Source: Adineta vaga (Eukaryota; Animalia; Rotifera). From it: a stretch of 64,000 nucleotides of DNA. The translations under genes were made by a program, and so were the position numbers. Of the stretch, positions 53,933-64,000 are shown one piece after another; within the stretch, counting starts at the first letter, position 1; the number at the start of each line of letters is the position of its first letter. The notes beneath the pieces are model-generated. The model did no database searches and had not been told where the DNA came from. It was given only the letters and a program-made list of their open reading frames with translations. The stretch lies in NCBI GenBank assembly GCA_021613535.1, contig CP075497.1, positions 10,540,001 to 10,604,000 of the forward strand, in the 5' to 3' direction.

Positions 53933-54026
53933 ACTTATTCGATCTAGAACGATGCAAAGCTAGTTTATTTCTTGTTAGATGTGTCAATGTTTGAAAAGAG
54001 AAAGAACAAAAGATTTAATAGTTTTA

Positions 54027-55772
54027 TTATTGAGTCTTTTTTTTCAATGCTTTTGTTCGTTGACTCCACATATATCGCATCATATGTAGAAGACCTAAAA
54101 TAGACAAAGAGTTTGAAGAAGTTTTTGTTTTAGGACGTCTAGGAATTTACCGAATGGCATTAAAGCTAAATAGATTTGAAGAAAAAGTACGAAGTTAAAA
54201 GCAAAATTTAGTTTATTTGGTAATGCCATGCTGAAATAACGTGTGGAATGATAATGATTCAAACTTTTATAAATAATCAAGCCTAAATCATACAAGATTA
54301 ATGAGAAAAACATTTCGTTAGAAGAAAACTTCTTCTACCTTCAATAAATGCACCTAATGGATAAAGAATAATCCAAAGTGTATAACGAAACCATGTGATT
54401 ATACGATTATCTATATTTAAAAGACGAATACCATAATATGGATAACTATAAATGATACAAAAATTGAGAAGATTTGTTGATAGGAATAAGAATTTGATTA
54501 CCGGAAAAGTTCGACGAAACTCCAGACGAAGAGAAGATAAGGAACAATGGGTAATGTTTGTATTTGACGATTGAAATTAATAACAATAAAAAGAATTAAA
54601 TTGCGAAAGAGAAACTAAATATCAACGAGAATAGATAGAGTTGTCTTTTATGAATTGAATTCTTTACTTGAAATAATGGAGTTAACCAATCACCTTTGGT
54701 AAAACCAATTAAAGGATGAATTATTTCAAGAATAGCTAATGCTTGACATATTTTTATGGGATTTTCAACAACTCTATAACCATTTTTTAGATCTTAATTA
54801 AAATAAGAATATTTAGAAGTGAAATGTCATATTTATATTTTGATAATACTCACGTCCATGAGTAATAAAATACATAGTTAAACGAGTAAATACCCAGAAA
54901 TAAGCCATGAATTGAAAAAGATTATAGAAGAGTAACCAACTTGTTCGATGATCAAGAAAACCTTGAAAAGATATATATACATTTCATTTTGAAATTTCTA
55001 AGAAGTACAAAATCAATCTGATAAAATTATTTTATGGAAAATACCTTTTGCTTTAGATTTTCGAGGATCTTGACGAAGTGATTTGTACATATCATCGTTA
55101 AAATTCTTATTCTACAAAACGAATATTAAAAAATAAACAGTTAGTAATGAGAATATCACTTACAAACATAGATTTCTTCTGTTCATCATCGGATTCATCT
55201 TCACTGAATGTCATCCGATCAAAATCAGCCTATTGAAATCAAATGAAATCTTCGAAAAATTCAAAACTGAATCGAATTTACTTTCAACCAAGGTAGTTTA
55301 GCAGATGCTTTAGTTAAACGTGGCCATGCATTATTATTGCTATCACTTTTCTTCTTCTTTAAAGTAACACTTATTTCACGATCATTGATTTTATAATTAC
55401 TAGCCTATATCATCAATTGAAAAGATCAATCATTCAACATTGTTCTATTGTAAAACTTACATTTGTATCAATTTTTTCATATAGTTCAATTTCAAATGTA
55501 TACAATTGTTCACCACGTGAACCGCTACATCCATTTGCTTGAAATTTAATACTACCTTCATTAATATCAACTTTCGGATGCTAAACAAAGGACAAATAAG
55601 TAGGTATTTCATATCCTTAAGTACTTACTTTCACATCCGTAAGTCCAATTCGTAATGATACATTTGACGCTGTTTGTCCCCAATGAATCTAATCAAAACA
55701 GAATTCTCTACGAAATTCACAGTATACATATACAAATAATACCGGTGGATGTAAATCAATTGATGATGCCAT
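54027..55772 (-). CDS. HACD3: Very-long-chain 3-hydroxyacyl-CoA dehydratase 3 (p23/CS domain + PTPLA domain)
   Basis: LHPPIHWGQT...WPRLTK...WLKADFDR (CS domain); LFYNLFQF; LEIIHPLIG; WSFVELFRYPYY; WFRYTLWIILYPLGAFIEG (catalytic Tyr/Glu motif); C-terminal KKKTQ ER-retrieval signal. Confidence 0.92.
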
Positions 55773-57109
55773 CTAGAATGAATGAATGAATGTGATCTTC
55801 TTTTATTATATATTTTAAATCCATCATCGAAATTTTCTATTTGTTGATTAGTATCATAATCTTAGAATTGAATCATGTCTTTTTTTTTGTTTCAATTTTC
55901 GTCAAATTTTATTTTATTTATTAGTATAAGTAGAATTTGAGAGAACATACGCAAAAAAAAGTTTTTTTTAAGGAAAGAAAAAGAACCACATTAAAAAAAG
56001 ATAGATCAGCGCATCAGGACCAGAGAAAAAAGAACTAGATACATTCCGACTCACAAAAAAGAGGTTTAATTACGTGCTTTTATACACAGCGAAAAGAAAT
56101 TCATTGTCTTTCTCGCTATCACCATCTTTTTGTTTTGCTTCAAACATTTTAAACACAAACACGCATTTCAATCTATCTGCGTGCATAAATCTCTATGAAA
56201 ATTTTGTTCACAACAAGTGAATCTCTGTTAAAATAGATCTCGTGTATAGAATTGATTTGTTTGTCTTTCTTTTGTAATAGCGCCAAGACAAACGCAAGAA
56301 GAAGAAAAAAAACATCAGAGCAAAGAAAAGTTTAAATGTATTGATTTACGCGTACACACACCATAACCATACAGAGATATTTTAACTAAAAGCATCACAC
56401 GCACACACTACAAGAAGTAGAGAAAGTGATTAATAAAGAGAAAAGAAAAAGAAAAATTCGTTTGGTTTTCTTTTTGTGTAAAGAGAAAAAGAGATATTGA
56501 CAGTAAAAACTAATGAGTTGAGAGAGACAGACAGAGAGAGAGAGAGCGAAAAGAAAGAGAGCAAGAAAAAAATCTTTATTGCACACACACGCGTGCGTGA
56601 GCAGCACAGCACAGCACAACAGTAGTAGATCTCTTTTGGTTTAGTTTAGTTCGTTTAGTTTGTACTTTTTGTCGATATCAAGCTCGGCCATCAAATAAGA
56701 GCGTACATCACATTTAAGAAAGAAGAATAAGAATAAGACGAAAATGAAAACAACAGACATTCACATCACATCACGAACATACGAAAAAAATGGATGGTAC
56801 CGGGAGGGAATTCTCAGTATGGTGCAGTGCATCATCAGCGGAAAAAACAGATATGAATTAAAGAGCAAAAAAAAATTTCTATGTGAAACTCACACAAATA
56901 TAGTCGACAGTAATAGATACATGTAATGAAAGAGCATGAATTGTAAATGTACACGATTGTAATGAGACAAAGAGAAAGAGGACACAGTTTTATCATTTCA
57001 CTGACTTTGTTTTGGCCGATAGAGAAAAGAGAAAAAAAAACAAAAAAGAAAGAAAAAACGAAAAATGAAATCAACTCGCAAGTTTTCTTTTTGCCTGTCA
57101 TTGTTACTA

Positions 57110-60100
57110 CTACATATATGGTCGATAGCTGCCGAAAGACGCATGTGGTGGTGGATGATTGAGCGATTGTGGTGGTTTGGATGGACCACGATATTGTTGC
57201 GATTTACCCCAATCATTCATCGCAGGATGAAAGCCTTGTTGATCTTGTAATGGTCCTTGTTGCCATTGTGATCGATTTCCTTGCTGTTGTCGTGACATAT
57301 GATGAAGTAATTGAGGATTTGAAAAGGCACTAATTAAAGCAAGATTCAAATAAAACGAAACAAAAAGAAAAAAGAATTTTATCTTACCTCTCTCCTCCAC
57401 CAACATTGAGATTATTCATTGATGATCCTTTAGGACCAATGATCAATGAATTTGGTGTTGCATGTAGATCATCTTCTGCATTCGGTAATGATGATTTCCA
57501 ATTCCATAATTGACCAGGTACAAATGGTGGTGGTCCATCGGTATCATCAACAAATTCAGATAACGGATCACCAAATGCTGATGATGATACTTGGTTATTA
57601 TGTGCATGTGAATCAAGATTACTGATTTGATGTAAATTATTTGCTTCATTCGTATGAGCATTTTCCCAATTTTCATTTGAATTACCACTTGTTTGCCAAT
57701 CTTTTTGTGATAAACCCGATGATCCAAACATTGATGATGAAGATTGTGGACCACGTGATGCTGTTTGTTGTTTTGTCCATTGATGTAAACGTGATTGATC
57801 AACATTCAAGGAATTTTGCATTCGATCTGCTAATTGATCTTGAGATTGTGATGATGATACACCGGGTGGTGGTTGATTTTGACCACCTGGACCATTATTC
57901 ATCATTTGTGATGACGTTGGTGTTGGTGTACCTGATTGTTGTTGAATAAGTTTAGCATGCGCATCTTGAATTTGTTTTTGTACAACTAACATTTCTTGTC
58001 GTTTTTGATTCAATAATTTAGTTAAGCGTTCATATTCAGTTTGGAAGAACGTAATTGGAAAACGTTGTTTATGTTTTGAAAAATCAGTTATTTGAACAGT
58101 TAATGACTGATATTTTTGTTGAAGCTCAAATAATTTTTGGAGAAGCTATTGAATAGAAAATACAAGATCGATTTTGGAAAGTGATGTTTTTTTCAAAGAA
58201 AATCTTTACGTGTAACATAAATGGTGGTAGTTTTGTATTGAGCAAATCTTGACTAATTAAACCGGCTTGAACAGCAAGACGAAATTGTTGCATAATTTGA
58301 GCATGAACGGCAACATTATTATTCACATTTCCTGATCCTTGTTGTTGCTGTTGTTGTTGTTGTTGTTGTTGTTGTGATGGTGTAGGTGTTTGAGATGATT
58401 GTGTTGGAATATTGCCTTGTTTACCACCTAATGCAACATATGGTGCTTGATTTGGTACAGGTGATGTTGTGGATAATTTTGGTGATATCAAACCACCTGT
58501 ACCCATGATTGCACCAGATGATGTTTGTACACCGGTAGGATTCATCGGTCGTAAAATATTATTTGATTGATAGAGTGAACCAGGTCGTGGTGGAAATGGA
58601 AGTTGAGATGGTGGTAACATATGATGTGGTGGTGGTGCATTTGATCCCGAAGGTAATAAACCACCATGGCCCATGATTGGATTTTTTAGATCAGAACCTT
58701 GTCGATATGGATCATTCATGGATGAATTATCAAAACTAGACATACGATGCATATTATGAGGATCATGTGTATTTTCATTGAGATCATAATCATTCATAAA
58801 TCGTTGTCGATTCATTGATGACATTCCTAATGGTCCACCCATACCACCGCCACCGCCGCCGCCACCACCACCACCACCTGGTCCTCCTTGTACACCCCAG
58901 CTACTTGTATCGACTTGACCTTCATATGGATCGAAGGGAACTTTATTTTGTGAACCCTAAATAATCGAATAACGAATAAAGATGGGAATGATATTTGTCT
59001 AAACGAAACTAACCTGTAAACCCCAATCACTTGTATCAACTACGCCATCATTAAACCAATCAGATGAACCATGGTGCATTCCTTGTTGAGGATGAGAATT
59101 CCAATTTGATGGTGCTGATTGTTGTGTACGAAAATTCTGTTGTTGCGGTGTTGGTGATGAAGTTCTTTGACTAGTCAATGCAGATGTATCATTCCATTGT
59201 GATGATGATGTTGGTTGTGGTATTGTTGGTGATTGTTGTTTAGACCAATTTTCATCATTAAGCGTCATTTGTGATGTAGATGATGTCGATAATGGATTTT
59301 GAACATTACTTGGAATAAGTTTTTGTACCACTGCTGGTTGTGGTTGTGAAATAATATTTGGTTGATTAGATAAAGCTGCTTTTGTTCCATTAGTCCATTT
59401 TTTCACTGGAACGGAGACTGATTCTATTGGATCACCCCAGACAGATGTGCCATCATCAAAATTTGTGCGTTTAGCTACTTTGATTTCAGGTTCATCCCAA
59501 CCTAATTGTTCTACAAGTTTAGGTTGTGGAACATAATTTACAGGTGTATCATCATTTCCACTTGAAGGATCAACATTTGCACCACCAAGAGCAATAGCTG
59601 ATTTAAGTGCACCAGTAAGTGAAGCAGCTATTGAGGAGGATGATGATGAAGATTTATGCTTATTAATCACCGAACCATTATTACTACTTGTTGTCAATGT
59701 AAGCGTGTCACTTGCATTACCCGATGATGCAGGATCTTGCCATGTTGCCGATGCACTGTGCAACATAAAGAAGAGAATATGTTTGAGATAGAAGAATACA
59801 TATGGAAGAATATATAATCGTACCTATTATTATCTATATTGTTGTTATTATTTTGAGACAAATTAAATGAACCACCACTGCTACTAGCTGGATTTGCTCC
59901 ATAGAAATTGCTCATATCCGGCCATTGATTACTTGTTGCATTGCTATTTCCAATTGCATTCGATCTGGACGGATTATTATTATTATTAACTGTTTGTTGT
60001 TGTTGTGGTTGTTGAAAATTCGACCAACCATTTTGTGTTGAATTATTCGAAGTCACCGGCTTACCCCAATCGGACGTTGGACTGGATGTTTCAAGTCGAT

Positions 60101-61070
60101 CAAAACCTAAAAAATGAATCGAAAATAAACGTTTATTACTAGATTAAAAATAAAATAAGCAAAAATATAGAAATCATGCACATTAATTATGAACATTAAA
60201 TCAAAAGCAGTGGAAAAGAAATAACTCATACCATCCCCACCGCCCGCTGTATTATGATTAGAATCAAGTGATTGTTGTGATGAAGATCCAACTAGATTTG
60301 AATGTTTTTGAGTATCATCATCCATCATCCATGATGCTGTTTGATTGAAATTTAAAGGCCAATTCATTTGAGATTGTTGTTGCTGTTGTGGTTGTTGTTG
60401 ATCATAAAAGTTCGATGGGAAACCAGTACGTGAGCCTTGAAAATTAAATGCACTACTTGTTGAAGTTGTTACTTGAGATGGTGAAATGCTTCTGGTCGTC
60501 GATATGGCTCCTGTTGCCCCTGATATTTGTGTATTACTACCTCCTCCAACAGAAGTCGTTGTTGTTGAATGTTGAGAAGATGGTGATGAAGATGATGGCG
60601 AATTACCAACAACATTTCCACTACCACTATTATTCCCTGTATTTGTTATGACAGTATTCGTTACTGCAGCATTTGCTGCTGTTATTGTTGATGAAGATGC
60701 AGACGTATTGGACGGTGTATTTGGATTTGAATTGAGAATTTGTGCCCAAGTTGGTTTCGATGGTGAGGGATAAGGCGACGATCCACTGACACCAGTCGTA
60801 TTACTACCAACACCTCCACCACCGCCTATTTACAGAGATAGAAGAAGAACAATAACAACAAGACTATGAATAATGAATCAGTTGTTTTTCTCTTCAGTCA
60901 AATCAAATTCCCATAAGAACAATAATCAAAAGAAAGCAAGCACTGTGCAGATATATAACTTTTGTTTTGATCAATTACAAAACAAATAAATAAAATAAAT
61001 AAATAAACATCTTACCGAATAAAGATGAAGACGAAGAGCCTGTCGGAGACGGATGGCTCTCGTTACTCAT
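57110..61070 (-). CDS. TNRC6: GW182/TNRC6 (gawky)-family miRNA silencing effector
   Basis: Scattered GW/WG motifs; Ago-hook-like GWDEP..FDDGTSVWGDP; M-domain AQIMQQFRLAVQAGLISQDLLNTKLP; QSRLHQWTK; PAM2-like GPPPFVPGQLWNW..AEDDLHATPNS; polyQ and polyG. All exons join in frame. Confidence 0.88.
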
Positions 61071-61717
61071 CGTCACACAGACACTAGCTAGATACTGATG
61101 TGTTTGTGACGTTAAAATTAGAGAAGATCTAGAACGAAAGAGGGAGAAAGAGAAAAAAAACACGTTTCTTTTTTCATTTATATTCATGCACAATAAACCA
61201 TGTACAGATCGAGAGAAATTCTATTTTTTTTCTTCTTATGACTAGCAGCCATGCTTCATGAACCATTTAGAAGGAAACAAAGAATGTTGAATGTGTATGT
61301 GTGTGTAGTTTTTCTCTAAATGCATTGATGAATCAGTTAGTAGTCGAGAAAGAAAAACTTTTAACTGATGACATCTATACAAGAAAATCCGTTGATTTTC
61401 ATTAACGATAAATTTATTATTTTGATATTTAATTCATTTATTTGTTCGTTATGATTTCAATTTAATTTAGTCAAGAAGATTTTCAATGATAACAACTAAC
61501 GATATCTATAATAGTTTTCGTTGATTGATTCTTGTCAACTCTGTCAAAAAAATAAACACAATTGTTTTTTTTTATAGAAAGAAGAAGAAAAAAAGTGAGA
61601 CCAAAGTTCAAAAGGACAATCGCAAAGCATCAATCAATATTATGTAAGATTAAATAATATTACAAAATGATCATCTTATCAGATGTTTTTCTTCCGTTTT
61701 TGAATCTCAGAAAGATT

Positions 61718-62393
61718 ATGGGTGAGAAAATGATGCAATCACCTTGATTTCGCTCTGCTATTTTTTTCTCCTTGATTTGTAATGAATACATAAGAAACTT
61801 CTCACTCTCTCTCTCTCTCTATTTCACACAGCATATATTGTTCAAAATGAGAAATCGAGTGAGCTTATTTCTTTCATAAACTATCCAAGATTTTCTTTCG
61901 TACGTTTTAATAATATAGAACAAATTGCATCAAAATCATGGTTTGTAAGCACTTGTTCGAATAAGAACGATGCTAATCATATCCTTGAATCTTGTCCTAC
62001 GATTGAAGTAAATATTATTTATTCTTTCATGAATTTCTCATTGAAATGTTTTAGAATGGAAATTTTCTTGTTCGTCGTAGTGAAAAAAAACCTAATCAAT
62101 ATACGATAACACTCTGGTTTGATAATACATCAACACATGTACGTATTAATCAATTAGGTAATGATCAATATCAACTTGAATTGAATCCGAATTCAAATTT
62201 AACAACATCGGTAATAAATATTTTAGTAGAGAAAAATATACTTCGAATAAGTATCTCATTCATTTAGATATTTTCAACAATCAATGATTTAATTGAATTT
62301 TATACGGAAAATCATATGAAACTAACAGGACATTGTAATGGATTTATTAAACTTAAATTTAATCCAAATCTATTTAAACATTTAAACTCTTAA
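61718..62393 (+). CDS. Small SH2-domain-only protein A (alternative in-frame ATG at 61667)
   Basis: Spliced: MAYIVQNEKSKQIASKSWFVSTCSNKNDANHILESCPTIENGNFLVRRSEKKPNQYTITLWFD...THVRI...IFSTINDLIEFYTENH...*. Contains the FLVRxS SH2 signature. Missed by the ORF track because the exons are short. Confidence 0.8.
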
Positions 62394-62441
62394 AGAGTTG
62401 GAAAATAAAAAAATATGTGATACTTTTATTTCAGATAGTTT

Positions 62442-63314
62442 ATGACACATACAATTACGCCTGATCCATATTTTGATGATGAAGATGTAAGTTTTTCAAA
62501 AGAAAACAATCTTTTTACTTCAAGTCAATCATAAATTCTTTCAGGAAGAAAATGAAGGTACTTTTTGTTTCTTTCTCTATAAACTTCAGCTGCTCCTATT
62601 CATTTCCTATTGATTATTGCTTAAAATTCTTTCGTCTTTCTTTTTATATCTTACAGATATCTATCGACAATTATTAAAACAACGAGGTAACCATATTCTC
62701 TCTACGATTGATTATACTAAAGATTAAGAACATTTATCTTTAGAACCATTACCACCATGTGATACTTCAACTGTATGTGATACGTTAACGAAAAAGATGA
62801 TTTTATTCTATGAAAGAATTCTTTAGTTACCAGTTTCATCACTATCGGAACGGTGTAGTTTATGTTCGAGAGAAGAAGCAGAGAATATTTTGAAAAGTGC
62901 AGATGGAATTTGTGTACGAAAGAATGATGAATCTTTTAATCCTTATCTATTGTTTTTAATTCAATTTATTAGTCAGGCAATTTTATAGTTCGTCCAAGTG
63001 TTCATCCGAATCATCCGTATTCATTGAGTGTTCTTGCAAATGATAAGAAAATCTATCATTTTCAAATCGGTTTAACATTGAACAAATATCTTCTTGGACC
63101 TCTTTCGTCCGTAGATTTATTAAAAGCAAAAGTAATCGATTAGAAATCTTATTTTCATCATGATTAAATTTCCTTTTCTTTTCAGACATTTCCTACACTG
63201 ACTGAGTTTTTAAAATGGTATTTAACATCTCCAATTCGATTTCAAGATAATAATAATAAACGACATTCAATTCAATTGCAATTATATTCGTCATTTGAAT
63301 CAACACGCTTTTAA
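62442..63314 (+). CDS. Small SH2 adaptor B: acidic Tyr-motif N-terminus, SH2 domain, C-terminal ESTRF
   Basis: Spliced: MTHTITPDPYFDDEDEENEDIYRQLLKQREPLPPCDTSTLPVSSLSERCSLCSREEAENILKSADGICSGNFIVRPSVHPNHPYSLSVLANDKKIYHFQI...TFPTLTEFLKWY...ESTRF*. All junctions are GT-AG and in frame. Confidence 0.8.
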
Positions 63315-63499
63315 AGAAAATATTCTTAGTTGATCCTTTGTTTTTTTTTCGAATAAGAGAAAGAAAAAGAATTCATACAACTTATTTTATCTCTCTCTTA
63401 TCCTTGATTGAATTCGTGCATGTATTTAAATACCTTACCGATGAACGTCAAGTAAATAAAATAATCGCACATAATCGTCAATCATTCGACGCCTTCCTG

Positions 63500-63507
63500 T
63501 GACGTCA
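63500..63507. promoter_or_regulatory. Perfect CRE palindrome TGACGTCA
   Basis: Exact consensus, ~200 nt upstream of a putative first coding exon at 63710. Confidence 0.3.
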
Positions 63508-63709
63508 TTATAAATTACGTACTTCTTTCCTTTACTTATTATTACTCATAAGGTCCTTTTCGTATAACAAATGTATATGAAATCACTTTCAAAAGTTTGA
63601 TTTCATAACACGGAAAAGATCATTGACAAACTATTGTTTTATTTCTCTCGTTAATCAAACAGAGATGAGCAAAAGAATCTCATATGTATTTTTTCTATTT
63701 TCTTTCTAG

Positions 63710-63768
63710 ATGGATTTTTATCAGTACCATCGACATAATCCACATTTTTCTTTATCTTTCATCTCAAA
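63710..63768 (+). CDS. Possible first coding exon of a gene continuing beyond the window
   Basis: TTTCTAG acceptor immediately followed by ATG, open frame MDFYQYHRHNPHFSLSFIS, then a consensus GTAAGT donor. Confidence 0.35.
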
Positions 63769-64000
63769 GTAAGTTTATATTTCTAATCAATCCTTGAATA
63801 TATAAACAAGTCAATATTTAAACAATGCTATATCTCTATTTGTTTGTTTACCGCCTACTGAATGGTTTCGTATCGAAAACTTGTGTCTTATGATTAGCAA
63901 TCTACCATTTGTCCATTAAAATATACCCATATGTGTGTCGATGAATGAGATGTATAAAAAGCATGTCTCGGATGAGTGATAGATCAATTTGAGGGTCCAT

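Noticed and set aside
61718-63314. One tandem-SH2 (Syk/SHP-like) protein
   Set aside because: Stop at 62391-62393, AATAAA, and an in-frame TAG before ATG 62442; I found no splice that joins the two while keeping the first SH2 whole.
1-64000. Prokaryotic systems, CRISPR arrays, rRNA, intact transposons or obvious bacterial horizontal transfers
   Set aside because: None seen by eye. Recognised genes are spliceosomal-intron-containing or animal-type, and no transposase/RT motifs or spaced direct repeats were found.

Overview
Eukaryotic, AT-rich, gene-dense animal DNA with many GT-AG introns of about 50-65 nt and frequent (GA)n/(GAA)n/(TA)n microsatellites. Intron size, composition and an intronless ART-like+TPR gene fit a bdelloid rotifer best; this is an inference and the species is not identifiable. 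Gene models were assembled by hand across exons. In order: partial GLUT/SLC2-like sugar transporter (-); 95-aa orphan (-); vinculin (-); MYST acetyltransferase-like protein (-); RTP-like 3CxxC zinc-finger protein (+); protein kinase D-like (+); ART-like/TPR protein (-); klarsicht/nesprin-like KASH protein (-); SPAG8-like ciliary protein with an upstream X-box (-); orphan (-); small secreted two-Cys peptide precursor (-); 5-HT1-like GPCR (-); USE1 (-); HACD3 (-); GW182/TNRC6 (-); two small SH2 proteins (+); a possible first exon at the right edge. The most notable pattern is at five head-to-tail gene junctions. In each, a poly(A) hexamer lies 17-29 nt upstream of a 3' splice acceptor that sits 0-15 nt before the next ATG. 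This suggests zero-spacer, SL-trans-spliced operons, including a possible TNRC6-HACD3-USE1 unit. Other points: a MYST and an ART domain with lost catalytic residues, a USE1 with a KDEL-like lumenal tail, an RRM-less GW182, a stop-free in-frame intron in the 5-HT receptor, and two frame breaks (GLUT, PKD) that may be assembly errors. I saw no rRNA, tRNA, CRISPR or intact transposon.
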